Source: an uncultured Methanosarcinales archaeon
Lineage (GTDB): Archaea; Nanobdellota; Nanobdellia; Woesearchaeales; CAZYIM01
Assembly (NCBI GenBank): GCA_964647565.1
Contig: CAZYIM010000001.1
Location: 64,001 to 128,000, forward strand
Direction: 5' to 3'
DNA length: 64,000 bases
In this document: in pieces, positions 30,616 to 39,980 of the stretch
How the letters are laid out: each line of letters starts with the position of its first letter
How positions within the stretch are numbered: position 1 is the first letter of the stretch
Notes under the pieces: generated by a model
What the model saw: only the letters and a program-made list of their open reading frames with translations
Told to the model about the DNA's origin: nothing
Database searches by the model: none
Program-made: the position numbers and the translations under genes

Positions 30616-31107
30616 ATGGAAATACCAACAATAGATGATTACATTGAAAAAGCAGAAGACCTTAAAAAAGAGAAAAGGTACAAGAAGATGGGAATATGGC
30701 AGAGACTTTGCTATGTAATGCCTAAAAAGGGCAAGTGCCATCTGTCTGGAAAGCACGGCACTGTAATCATCTATGACGAAGAAAGCCAGAGCTACAGGGA
30801 TGCTATCTTATTTCATTTTGATAAACCAGAAGAATCATATAATTATAGATCACAGTATTTCCTTGCAGGAGAAAAGACCTTTAGTTTGGAAGGTTATAAG
30901 ATAGATACTCCAATTATAAATAGAGAAGAAAGGGGGACTCCTAGTGAAGAAAATGTAAACAAATCTGTAGTGCATTTCCTCTATTTCTTCCTTAATTTGT
31001 TTGAGGAGTTCAAATCACCTGTCATGCAGATAGGCCAGTTTGAGAACCGGTTTTTCCCCTTCCAATTCTACTCATTACGTACAGATAAGATACCGACAAT
31101 AGAATGA
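30616..31107 (+). CDS. IPTIE-tail family paralogue 4
   Basis: MEIPTIDD...RTDKIPTIE. Confidence 0.85.
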   Translation: MEIPTIDDYIEKAEDLKKEKRYKKMGIWQRLCYVMPKKGKCHLSGKHGTVIIYDEESQSYRDAILFHFDKPEESYNYRSQYFLAGEKTFSLEGYKIDTPIINREERGTPSEENVNKSVVHFLYFFLNLFEEFKSPVMQIGQFENRFFPFQFYSLRTDKIPTIE

Positions 31108-31126
31108 AAATATATAAGGTGATAAA

Positions 31127-31699
31127 ATGCAACAAGCAATATTAAACGATTTTTATATGTTAATCATAGACCTGTCAGCAAAAGCAGAAGAAGAAAAGGA
31201 AAACAAGCCCAAGGGAAAAAAACAGCTAGGTTTTAAGTTTCTGAATAAGAAAGATGTTTCAAAATCTGAGACTAACGAAATTTCCAATAAGATTGATGAG
31301 CTGCTAAAAAATAAGAAATTTCTGCTAAAGACTGATTGGGTAACTTATGTTATAGCAGACGAAGAAACAAAGACCTATAGAATTGCAGAATTTGACACAA
31401 TCAAAGGCCAGCCATGCCCTTCAGGACATTTGGTCAATATGAATGATTACAAGCCGGATACAGAGATGTTTATCACAGGTTTCCCTTGTTCAGAATATCG
31501 AAAGGATGGCGGTCCAAAGAATAGGGAGTCAAATACATTAAATTTTTTCGAATCACTTTTAAAGATGCACAGAGCTGAGATTATAGAGATAGGAACAAAT
31601 GAGACATTAGTGTCTACCCAAGCAATAAAAAAAAGATTCTATCCTATGAAATTCTATGGTCAAAGAACAGACAGGATACCAACAATAGAGGAGATCTAA
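31127..31699 (+). CDS. IPTIE-tail family paralogue 5
   Basis: Ends RTDRIPTIEEI; shares the core pattern. Confidence 0.85.
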   Translation: MQQAILNDFYMLIIDLSAKAEEEKENKPKGKKQLGFKFLNKKDVSKSETNEISNKIDELLKNKKFLLKTDWVTYVIADEETKTYRIAEFDTIKGQPCPSGHLVNMNDYKPDTEMFITGFPCSEYRKDGGPKNRESNTLNFFESLLKMHRAEIIEIGTNETLVSTQAIKKRFYPMKFYGQRTDRIPTIEEI

Positions 31700-32190
31700 T
31701 GAAAATGGAAGAACTATATATTGATGATGTGATTGAAAGGGCAAGAAAACTTCAAAAAGATAAGAAGATGAAGAAGAAAACAGTAGCGCAGCTTATACAG
31801 TCTGTATTGCCAACAGAAGGCCATCTCTATCTGTCAGGAGAGCTTGGGACTGTGATTATTTTCGACGATGAAAACAAGATCTATAAAGAGGCTGTCTTGG
31901 ATGTTCGAAAATGCCAACCACTTCCCGGCAATAAGATATTTAGTCTTGCTAATCACAAGTCCAACTCTCCTATAGAGACTGCTTATTATGATGCAGCAGG
32001 AAATTGGGGATATGATGATAAAGATCGCAGGTTACACGCCACAAGTCTAATATTATCCCTAAGGAAAGCACAACATGATTACGACGGCCAGGTTATGGAA
32101 TTTAGCCGGACCATTGGTGACAGTCATAATAGGCAGATATTATTCAAGACTTACATCCTAGACACAGGCAAGATACCAACAATAGAATGA
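31699..32190 (+). CDS. IPTIE-tail family paralogue 6
   Basis: MEELYIDD...TGKIPTIE. Confidence 0.85.
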   Translation: MKMEELYIDDVIERARKLQKDKKMKKKTVAQLIQSVLPTEGHLYLSGELGTVIIFDDENKIYKEAVLDVRKCQPLPGNKIFSLANHKSNSPIETAYYDAAGNWGYDDKDRRLHATSLILSLRKAQHDYDGQVMEFSRTIGDSHNRQILFKTYILDTGKIPTIE

Positions 32191-32756
32191 AAACACTTAA
32201 GATGGCAAAAATCAATCAGATCTATGGTTCATTGCTCGGATACAAGACAGGAAAGAAGTATCTGGAAAAGGATATCTCAGAGATTAAATCACTTGACGAT
32301 CTTTCAGATATGTCAGTTAAAATGTTCAACCAGAGAAAATTTCGTAAAAAGAAGATCAATAAAATCATGGAGATCTTGGTCCCAAAAGAAGAGGAGCTGC
32401 TGTTGAGCTGGAACGGTTCGACAATCATAATGTATGATAAAGAGCGAAAGAACATGTACACTGCTGCTCTTAATGTCGAGAGATGTTGGCCATTGGTCAC
32501 TGATCAGGTTGTAAACCTTGGCAATCATAGCCCCATCTCAGAGTTGAGCACTGAGATGTTCAAATGCAAGGATAGTATTATCGCAGGTTCCAATCATAAG
32601 AACTCTGTAAGATATGTCTTGAAACTGATGAACATAATGAAAAGATATAATGCTCCGTTCATCCAGATAAATGATCACAAGGGAGATAATTTTTATAGGC
32701 GTTTTGCAAGCAAGGCATATTATCTCAACACAGATAGGATTCCGACAATAGAATAG
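32187..32756 (+). CDS. IPTIE-tail family paralogue 7
   Basis: Ends NTDRIPTIE. Confidence 0.85.
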   Translation: MKTLKMAKINQIYGSLLGYKTGKKYLEKDISEIKSLDDLSDMSVKMFNQRKFRKKKINKIMEILVPKEEELLLSWNGSTIIMYDKERKNMYTAALNVERCWPLVTDQVVNLGNHSPISELSTEMFKCKDSIIAGSNHKNSVRYVLKLMNIMKRYNAPFIQINDHKGDNFYRRFASKAYYLNTDRIPTIE

Positions 32757-32762
32757 GCGTAT

Positions 32763-33665
32763 TTAAGGCTGCACTGTTATCTCAGTCTTGACAGATGGGG
32801 TGGGGACTCTTATTGAAGGAGACAGGATTTTTTGTTTATAGGGTTTTGGTGGTATGGATGCAGAAAGATACCATTTTAGGTTAAAATTCTCACCAAATGT
32901 TGTTGGAACGACATCTGAAGGTATTCTTGTATCGATTGACACCGAGATCTGATCTTCTTCCTGCGGGATGTCCAGAACCTGCTTTATGGTGTCTAGGGTT
33001 GTATCATTATGATAGCCTTTTGCAACTGCACGTTCAACTGAATATAATTGCAGATGCAATTTGCTGTTGTGGGTTTTGGCCCTGTCTGTAATTTGTACTT
33101 TACCAGATATATTATCTCCACGATTAAATGCAGTCTTTTCGAGAATCAATTGGATCTCAAGATCTTTTGAAGTATAGGGTATTGGATAAAACTTATTGCG
33201 TTCTTCTTCTGGCTCATCTTGTTTCTTTTTTGGGGGAGGTTCCCTTTGTATAGTTATGCCAGAAACATCGACAAGATCAATTCGAAGAGGAATATCTGCT
33301 CGTGTTTTTAACTCATAACTTACAGATGCTTTTTTACCCTTATAGCTGGGAGTTATCTTTTCAGGCAGTTGGATTGAGAAATCTATCATGTGCACCCCTC
33401 TCTTAAAAAGCACATATTGATTCCACTCACCATTCTGGCGCTTCTTTACCACTGCTTCGAAAAGATTCATCCGAGTTGCCCAGACCTCATTGATTTCCTT
33501 GTGTGTAGAACCTGTATAGATCTCTGTGATTTCTGTTCCTGTAAGCTTAAGGTCCAAATCCCTGATCATAAGTCTGTTGTTGACATCGAACATCAATTGA
33601 CCTGTTACACAGTCATTTGGAAGATATTCTTTCTTCTCAAGCAGTATCTCAAGTTTGTTTGCCAT
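32763..33665 (-). CDS. Arrestin/Spo0M-like two-domain protein
   Basis: LEKKEYLPNDCVTG...FSIQLP...PSYKG...VSYEL, repeated as LEKTAFNRGDNISG...IPSDVVPT...LKWYL. Confidence 0.7.
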   Translation of the reverse strand: MANKLEILLEKKEYLPNDCVTGQLMFDVNNRLMIRDLDLKLTGTEITEIYTGSTHKEINEVWATRMNLFEAVVKKRQNGEWNQYVLFKRGVHMIDFSIQLPEKITPSYKGKKASVSYELKTRADIPLRIDLVDVSGITIQREPPPKKKQDEPEEERNKFYPIPYTSKDLEIQLILEKTAFNRGDNISGKVQITDRAKTHNSKLHLQLYSVERAVAKGYHNDTTLDTIKQVLDIPQEEDQISVSIDTRIPSDVVPTTFGENFNLKWYLSASIPPKPYKQKILSPSIRVPTPSVKTEITVQP

Positions 33666-33726
33666 GCTTAAAATAGAATGCGCTATAATTTAAATAAGTT
33701 TCTATCATAACCACTCAAAAGTAACA

Positions 33727-34509
33727 CTAAATCTCCTTTAACAACAGCTCTTCAGCAAGATGCAAGATGAACCTTAGGCTGTCCTTGAGCTTCTTTGTGT
33801 GCCACTTGGGAGCCCACTCCAACTCTGCGATGATGTCGCTGATGGCAAAGACAGAAGCCAATTCTACTTTGCGGTATTTTGCAACTGCAAACAATGCAGA
33901 AGCCTCCATCTCAACAGTAAGCACTCCATCTTTTTTATACTGCAGCGTCTCATCAATAGTCTCCCTGTAAGGCGCATCTATTGTCCAACTGGTACCGCAG
34001 ATGAACTTTTTCTTTTTTTCTTTTAGAAGTGTTTTTACTTTTTCAGTGAACTCTTTATCAGGAAACGCATATTTAGAAGGCTTGATATAGTGGTAAGAGG
34101 TCCCTTCATCTCTAATTGCTCTTTCACAGACAATGATATCACCTGCCTTCAGATTGGATTGAAGGCCGCCAGCAGCACCAATGGACATGAACTTTTTCAC
34201 ACCTAAAGCAATGAACTCTTCAAATACTGCAGACGCAACAGGAGCACCAATACCAAACCTGCCAACCGCAGCAATCTTTTTCCTTCTGCCTGGAAGATAA
34301 CAAACTGTCGCACCAAATGCCTTGGTCTTCTTCACGCCCTTGAGTTTGCATATGTAGTTCATCAGGTTCCTGTCATAGCAAAGGATGACAGCTTCAGGAA
34401 CCTTTAACAAGGCAAGTCTCAGGTCTATCTTCTTGTAATAGTTGACAAACTGTTTAGGCTCCAGAGTAGATTTTTTCAGATGTTTATCCTTGAAGTTTGG
34501 ATACGCCAT
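33727..34509 (-). CDS. Nucleoside (uridine) phosphorylase family
   Basis: GIGAP; RDEGTSYHY; DAPYRET; VEMEASA. Confidence 0.9.
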   Translation of the reverse strand: MAYPNFKDKHLKKSTLEPKQFVNYYKKIDLRLALLKVPEAVILCYDRNLMNYICKLKGVKKTKAFGATVCYLPGRRKKIAAVGRFGIGAPVASAVFEEFIALGVKKFMSIGAAGGLQSNLKAGDIIVCERAIRDEGTSYHYIKPSKYAFPDKEFTEKVKTLLKEKKKKFICGTSWTIDAPYRETIDETLQYKKDGVLTVEMEASALFAVAKYRKVELASVFAISDIIAELEWAPKWHTKKLKDSLRFILHLAEELLLKEI

Positions 34510-34567
34510 TGCTCAGAAGGATTTTATTCTCTTAATAAAGTTTTTCAGAATTAGCAATAGCTCCTAG

Positions 34568-35179
34568 CTAGAGATCTTGATAGTTATGTTTTTCTCTCAG
34601 CATATCGATAGCAGAATCAACATGTTCAACAATAGAATCGTATGTTTTCCTGGAAAGGCCGATATTTGGAAAACCGTAGATGTCCTTTATGACAGAACAA
34701 TCAGGCTGTTCATGCTTTTTCATCCTCGAATACATGATCCAGAGCCACTTCACCTTTTTAGGATCATTGACTTTTATTATCTCCCGAATCTCTTCATAAT
34801 CATGCGCCCCACCTTGATAGAACCTGTTCTCTAGTTGGGAGCAGATAGCATCCACAGCGCCTGCTTTCATGGCATCTGTATCTGCATGATCATTGGGCTT
34901 GTTGAACATCTGATGATGATACTGGTTAATCTGATGGCACTCGATGGAGGGAAGCACATATTTCTCAAAGAAATCATGATTATGGCTTCTGTACTGCATT
35001 GAAAGACCCTCTATTACAGGCCAGCTGAGCTTGCTGCCCTTGCCATCCAGATCATGAGGCCTCTGCGGATCACGGATACCGACATCCAGATGTTCGTAAA
35101 AGAACTCAACTCTGCATGAATGTTTAATTGTCTGCAAAATCCAGCTCCTTACTTCGTTTGTGCTAGGCTTTATAACCAT
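34568..35179 (-). CDS. Hypothetical protein with HD-like His/Asp motifs
   Basis: H..RV...HD...K; H...YHH; D. Confidence 0.65.
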   Translation of the reverse strand: MVIKPSTNEVRSWILQTIKHSCRVEFFYEHLDVGIRDPQRPHDLDGKGSKLSWPVIEGLSMQYRSHNHDFFEKYVLPSIECHQINQYHHQMFNKPNDHADTDAMKAGAVDAICSQLENRFYQGGAHDYEEIREIIKVNDPKKVKWLWIMYSRMKKHEQPDCSVIKDIYGFPNIGLSRKTYDSIVEHVDSAIDMLREKHNYQDL

Positions 35180-35265
35180 ATGGGAAGGGAATATGATCTT
35201 AATTAAAGGTTTTTCGAAAAAATTAAGATAAATATATAAGTATAAACCCATTTCAATTTTCCAGT

Positions 35266-35652
35266 GTGTTAAAGACCAAATCAATATTGGTTGAGCCAGA
35301 TGAAGGGGATGGCTTGAGGATATGTGTAATGCGGAGTCTTCAGGGACTGAATCGAGTCAGAAGAAAATATAATATCCATTATGATATGCATTTTAAATCG
35401 TTGGCACCATCAAAGGAATTGATGCAGCAATATGTTAAAGAAAAGAGCATTTCTTGGCAGGATTATGTTAATAGATACCATGCAGAAGTGCTTAAACTGC
35501 AGTTTGATCTGATACATCTGATATCACATATAGCTTTAGAAAAAGATATTACTCTACTATGTTCTGAACGTGAACCTAAATACTGCCATAGGAAATTGCT
35601 TGCTGAAGAATGCAAGATATACAGGCCTGACCTGGAGGTGATTGTAAAATGA
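35266..35652 (+). CDS. DUF488/YeaO-family protein
   Basis: DGLRICVMR; LAPSKEL; TLLCSE...CHR. Confidence 0.85.
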   Translation: MLKTKSILVEPDEGDGLRICVMRSLQGLNRVRRKYNIHYDMHFKSLAPSKELMQQYVKEKSISWQDYVNRYHAEVLKLQFDLIHLISHIALEKDITLLCSEREPKYCHRKLLAEECKIYRPDLEVIVK

Positions 35653-36299
35653 AACTTAAGAATGTAAATTTTGAAAACATGAGCGATCTCGGCTATGTAC
35701 TGAGAAGACCGATGGATAACATCAAGTTCCCAGGGGCTAATGAAATGGTTAAGATCATGGAAAATGTTGAGCAGAAGATCACAGTGCATCTCTATTCTGT
35801 CTGGGGAGCGCGGAAAAGAAAGAGGCTTCAGGATTTTGACAACGACGTAAAGGCACAATTATACATAGCCATTGACAATGACCGGATCTATGCTGGCAGG
35901 GGAAGCGGTACTGGAAGCGGCACAAGAGAAGAACACAACCGCTTTATTGACGCTTTTCTTTCAAGGCCAGATTTACAGAAGGATGTTCCGACAGCAATTT
36001 TAATAACAGGCTGGGGGAAGCACCTTGGATATTATTTCTATGAGCATTATGCATACCAGGATAATGTAATTGGATTCAACTGGGATATCAACTCAGATAT
36101 TTCGATAAGAGACGCCCTAAAAGAGGCCAACTTACCCCGTTCATACACAGACTATTCTATTAACAAGAGCATATTCCGTAACACAACCATCTTCTTTGAG
36201 AACAAGGGCGAGAAGGTATTGGTCTATAAGGCGCTAAGAGAGGATATTGTGACTAGGAAGTTCGATAAGACCATAGCCAAGATGAGAGAGAATCCTTAA
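35649..36299 (+). CDS. Hypothetical protein
   Basis: ATGA overlap with upstream gene; GGAGGTG RBS. Confidence 0.7.
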   Translation: MKLKNVNFENMSDLGYVLRRPMDNIKFPGANEMVKIMENVEQKITVHLYSVWGARKRKRLQDFDNDVKAQLYIAIDNDRIYAGRGSGTGSGTREEHNRFIDAFLSRPDLQKDVPTAILITGWGKHLGYYFYEHYAYQDNVIGFNWDINSDISIRDALKEANLPRSYTDYSINKSIFRNTTIFFENKGEKVLVYKALREDIVTRKFDKTIAKMRENP

Positions 36300-36370
36300 A
36301 CTAGTTAATTCTTTTGTAACAGCTTAAGCTGAAATCTGAAAAGGTTAGATTAGTTATTCTTTCTAAACAA

Positions 36371-36535
36371 GATGCAGAAAAATCCTACTCCGCTCAACTC
36401 GCTTTGCTCGTTGAACTACGCCGCACCAGTTGCGTTTACTTTGTAAACGACAATCCTAACGGCACTGAGAAATTACTTCGTAATTTCTGGTGTCTCGTTC
36501 GTATACTCGGAGACAGCAACGGCTTTTTCTGCATC
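36371..36535. repeat. 165-bp multi-hairpin element with terminal inverted repeats (MITE/REP-like or ncRNA)
   Basis: GATGCAGAAAAA...TTTTTCTGCATC enclosing four internal hairpins. Confidence 0.75.
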
Positions 36536-36551
36536 AAGGAAGGTGATATAA

Positions 36552-36944
36552 ATGACAGTGGATCAATATGTAACCCAAGACTATCCAATTGAATGCAAAG
36601 GAAGGGATGCAAATATGCAGGAGGTGCTTGATGAGGCTTTAGAAGTTACAGTACATATACACAAGAGCCCTGGCAGCAGCATGATATCAAGCAATGTTGA
36701 CTGTCCATATAATGTTGGCGGCCATGGAGACAGGTGCAAAGCCTCGCATCCAGATGTGCACAAGATAGGCCGAGGCGTTGGCTGCCCATACAGCTTTGAC
36801 ATCCCATATGCGCTCGAGTACTATCCTGAAGAAGAAATAAAAGAAAGAGAAACACTTAAGGCACTGCCATTTCCAGTTAAAACAGAGCTGATCAGATGCC
36901 TGCCCGATGCATGCCAGACTCGATATAGACTACTGACGGATTAG
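36552..36944 (+). CDS. Hypothetical Cys/His-containing protein
   Basis: AAGGTGA RBS; CPY..GHG.RC...H...CPY. Confidence 0.65.
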   Translation: MTVDQYVTQDYPIECKGRDANMQEVLDEALEVTVHIHKSPGSSMISSNVDCPYNVGGHGDRCKASHPDVHKIGRGVGCPYSFDIPYALEYYPEEEIKERETLKALPFPVKTELIRCLPDACQTRYRLLTD

Positions 36945-37203
36945 CTACGATCTCTGGAAGCTTGTCATAGGATGTTTGGACAAAATAGAAATTATCTAAA
37001 GCAGTTGTCTGCCCGGGAAATTTAAGATTATGCTTGCCAGGTTTTGCCTTGATGGACGCATTAAAATACATTCTTCTCACATCCACCTGCCCTATTTCCA
37101 GACCAACACCTTCGACCATTCCGTGGAAGGTATGGTTTATGTGAGCATCAACCTTATCACTTTCTAATGCTTCCAATACACTATCATTTATTATACTATC
37201 CAT
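36892..37203 (-). CDS. Hypothetical protein
   Basis: AGGTGG RBS; TATA upstream. Confidence 0.65.
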   Translation of the reverse strand: MDSIINDSVLEALESDKVDAHINHTFHGMVEGVGLEIGQVDVRRMYFNASIKAKPGKHNLKFPGQTTALDNFYFVQTSYDKLPEIVANPSVVYIESGMHRAGI

Positions 37204-37255
37204 ATTACCACCTGAAAAACTGAGAAAAAATAATTATATTTAAATCCTTTGGAAA

Positions 37256-37687
37256 TCAATAGTTTTTCTTAAGAAAAGTAGGAGATATTTGTTTCCTTTC
37301 AGATACTACCGGAATAATGCCATTTTTTTCAAAATCCTGCTTGATTGCAACAGTGATTAATGTTTTTTGCATTCTTTCGCCATAAACCAATCCGCAATTT
37401 ATACCTACCTCAATTGGTTTATTGTCCTTATGGACACAGACAGTAGCTGTCGAATTTTGTAGATTAAGCCTTGTAGAATGATAGACAGTCATTTTTTCCC
37501 CATCAACAATATATGGCAAAGAAGTATTTATGTGGCGAGGTGAAACAATCTCTGTGTGTTCCATACCTAAAGCATTTCTGACAGTGGCATCAATATCGTC
37601 TGGATCGCCGTCTGCCCATGCAATAAATGCAGCTCTCATGCCGCCATTATCAAGCGGTTGGTAATGTACTAATTTTTCATCAATCAT
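37256..37687 (-). CDS. Hypothetical protein
   Basis: Downstream of operator/TATA at 37708-37749. Confidence 0.7.
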   Translation of the reverse strand: MIDEKLVHYQPLDNGGMRAAFIAWADGDPDDIDATVRNALGMEHTEIVSPRHINTSLPYIVDGEKMTVYHSTRLNLQNSTATVCVHKDNKPIEVGINCGLVYGERMQKTLITVAIKQDFEKNGIIPVVSERKQISPTFLKKNY

Positions 37688-37798
37688 ATGTACTAGAAAA
37701 AAATGTCTTTATAAAGTTTGCGATTTTTTACCACTCATCAATGATAATAATTTCTGTGAACGGATAAATATTAATAAATAAAGAAAAAAAAGAGAAAA

Positions 37799-38485
37799 TT
37801 AAATGAGACCAACATCAGACAGTTGTTTCCACTCAGGATCTTTCATTTCTTCTGGAAGGTTATTATAACCAAGTACACGCTTCTCGATGACCAGGTTCTT
37901 ACCCGTCTGGTTCCATCGATCATACCCGCCAACAAGTTCGGTCAGCTTAGGTTCTAAAAGTACAGGCACGACATCATTGTAATCAGCACTATCAGACTTT
38001 CCAACACCCTGCGAATATGCTTGTGCAAGGGTTCCTACAACCCTATCAACAACTTCTGCAGGAAGTGCTTTATCTGCGTAAACATTGCATGATTTTTCCA
38101 TAAAATATCTTGTACCATTTGGCGATTCCCTTTGACCACTCCATTCAGGTGCAAGAATGGTTATTTTTGCACCATATTCAGGCAGCTCAAATGAAACACT
38201 CTGAGACCAGATAGAACCATCTTCTGTTTTCACATTAAAAGAACTTACCTCAAGTGGTTTAAGCTCCCCTTTCTTAAAACCAAGGGTATCCCTGCTCGTT
38301 ATTTGATTAACAACAGTCTGCAACAGAATCCCTGCAACCTGACGAGTATTCATTATCACGTTCAAGTCATCTATGCTCTTAACATCTTCTTTCGAATATT
38401 GGATTGGAAAGTCTTCATTCAAAGGGATTCTCATTTCAGGCAGATTCCTAAAATCTAATTTTTTTTTCATAAAGAGATTAACCAT
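37799..38485 (-). CDS. Hypothetical protein
   Basis: GAGGTGA RBS; operator/TATA at 38540-38581. Confidence 0.7.
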   Translation of the reverse strand: MVNLFMKKKLDFRNLPEMRIPLNEDFPIQYSKEDVKSIDDLNVIMNTRQVAGILLQTVVNQITSRDTLGFKKGELKPLEVSSFNVKTEDGSIWSQSVSFELPEYGAKITILAPEWSGQRESPNGTRYFMEKSCNVYADKALPAEVVDRVVGTLAQAYSQGVGKSDSADYNDVVPVLLEPKLTELVGGYDRWNQTGKNLVIEKRVLGYNNLPEEMKDPEWKQLSDVGLI

Positions 38486-38580
38486 TTTAAATTTTCACCT
38501 CAATTTTTAAACCTATTTATATCAATATGTTATTTAATCTTTATAAAGTTTTCGGTTTTTTACCACTGGATAGTAGAAAC

Positions 38581-39246
38581 TTACTCGAACTCTATCGCAC
38601 CCTTGAGAAAGACACCTTTGTCCAATCTAACAGGCCTCCATTTGTCAAGAATCAGCTTGGCATCAAGCCAGTCTGCGAGCTCCTGCGGATTGCCTATAGT
38701 GGCAGAAAGTGCAACCAGTTGAAGTTTGGGAAGCAACTGCCTCAATAATGTCATGACCACTTCCAGAGTAGGCCCTCTTCCATGATCGTTCAGCAAATGC
38801 ACTTCATCGATAACAACCACTTTTAAGTTCTGGATCCATGCAGCCTTGTGTCTCATCAACGAATCCAGTTTCTCACTTGTTGCAATAATCAGGTCATAGT
38901 TCTTCAGGTATGAATCTGCGCTGTCAATATCTCCAGAGCTGATAGCCACCTTGAAATCCTTGCCATATAATCTCTGGAATTCTTTGTACTTTTCAGATGC
39001 CAAAGCTCTCAATGGTACAACATAGACTGCCTTGCCTTTATCGTGATAGATTGCATTAAGGATCGCTAGCTCTGCAACCAATGTCTTGCCTGATGCAGTC
39101 GGCGTGCAGACAACCAGGTTCTTGTCCTTGAATAATCCTGCATTAATGGATTTAGTCTGGCAAGGCCTCAGAGTCTTAAAGCCTCTCTTGGAAAGAACAG
39201 AGTATATCTTAGCAGGTATCTTTTTTTTATACTTTGAGAGCTGCAT
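38581..39246 (-). CDS. Hel308/Ski2-like helicase, first RecA domain only
   Basis: Q motif, PTASGKT, VPLRALASEK, TSEK.DS, DEVH, LSAT, WRPV, then stop. Confidence 0.85.
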   Translation of the reverse strand: MQLSKYKKKIPAKIYSVLSKRGFKTLRPCQTKSINAGLFKDKNLVVCTPTASGKTLVAELAILNAIYHDKGKAVYVVPLRALASEKYKEFQRLYGKDFKVAISSGDIDSADSYLKNYDLIIATSEKLDSLMRHKAAWIQNLKVVVIDEVHLLNDHGRGPTLEVVMTLLRQLLPKLQLVALSATIGNPQELADWLDAKLILDKWRPVRLDKGVFLKGAIEFE

Positions 39247-39340
39247 AGATAATGAAAATCAATGTATGGTTTAAAATTTATTGGTTTTTAAGCGAAAAAT
39301 TTATATTATATAAGTATATACCATAGTATAAATATATAAA

Positions 39341-39610
39341 ATGCAAAAGCAAGTATTACATTATCCCAGATTGGACACAATCTTGAACGTGGAGAATGTT
39401 GTTAAACAGGCAAAAGAGCCTCTCTCAAAAAACGAGATAGATAGACGGCTAAAAAAGAAGATCATGCGACCAACCCTTAATCTTATTCTGAACTATCTGG
39501 AAGAGTCCGGAAAAATCGCCATACTCGAAGAAGGCATAATATGGATTTTCCGGGAAGACATCAGTAAGACACTTAAAGCCAAGCTTCGAAAAGGAGTTAA
39601 TGTCCTTTAA
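39341..39610 (+). CDS. Putative antitoxin (wHTH-like)
   Basis: Small protein overlapping the start of a RelE-like gene. Confidence 0.65.
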   Translation: MQKQVLHYPRLDTILNVENVVKQAKEPLSKNEIDRRLKKKIMRPTLNLILNYLEESGKIAILEEGIIWIFREDISKTLKAKLRKGVNVL

Positions 39611-39980
39611 GACCAAAAAAGAAGTTTTTGTCCGATTTGATGAAGAAGCCTATAATGAGTATAAAAAACTCAAGGAGGCAGTTTCAAGGGGAGAAAAGTC
39701 TAGGCAAGAGCCAACATATGAACAGCTTCTTAATTCAATTAACAAGGCAATAATAAACCTTAAGATTAATCCCCATTCAGGGGATTTGATACCAAGAAAA
39801 TATATACCCAAAAGAACTGTGAAAATATATGGAACCGATAAAATATTCAAGGTTAACCTTGTCGGTTATTGGAGGTTATTATACACTCTCATCGGTTCAG
39901 AATTAAGGATAATTGCATTTATTCTCGAATATATGGATCATTCTAAATATAATAAATTGTTTGGTTATAAGAAAAAGTAA
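39600..39980 (+). CDS. RelE-like toxin
   Basis: NPHSGD..P; L.GYWRLLYT; DHSKY. Confidence 0.7.
   Translation: MSFKTKKEVFVRFDEEAYNEYKKLKEAVSRGEKSRQEPTYEQLLNSINKAIINLKINPHSGDLIPRKYIPKRTVKIYGTDKIFKVNLVGYWRLLYTLIGSELRIIAFILEYMDHSKYNKLFGYKKK

Larger units (their letters stand above)
29646..32752 (+). repeat. Dispersed 15-nt repeat GATACCAACAATAGA at the array gene ends
   Basis: Copies at 29646, 30101, 30595, 31089 (1 mismatch), 31675, 32172, 32738 (2 mismatches); 14-nt partial copies at 30128 and 30622. Confidence 0.9.

Noticed and set aside
29646..32752. CRISPR array or integron attC sites
   Set aside because: Repeats are 15 nt, coding, non-palindromic and ~450-590 nt apart; no cas or integrase gene in the window
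29197..32756. Diversity-generating retroelement targets
   Set aside because: No reverse transcriptase or template-repeat pair seen; divergence includes indels and is spread across the genes
36404..36592. 62-aa ORF in the track
   Set aside because: TTG start inside the hairpin element; no RBS; overlaps the next gene
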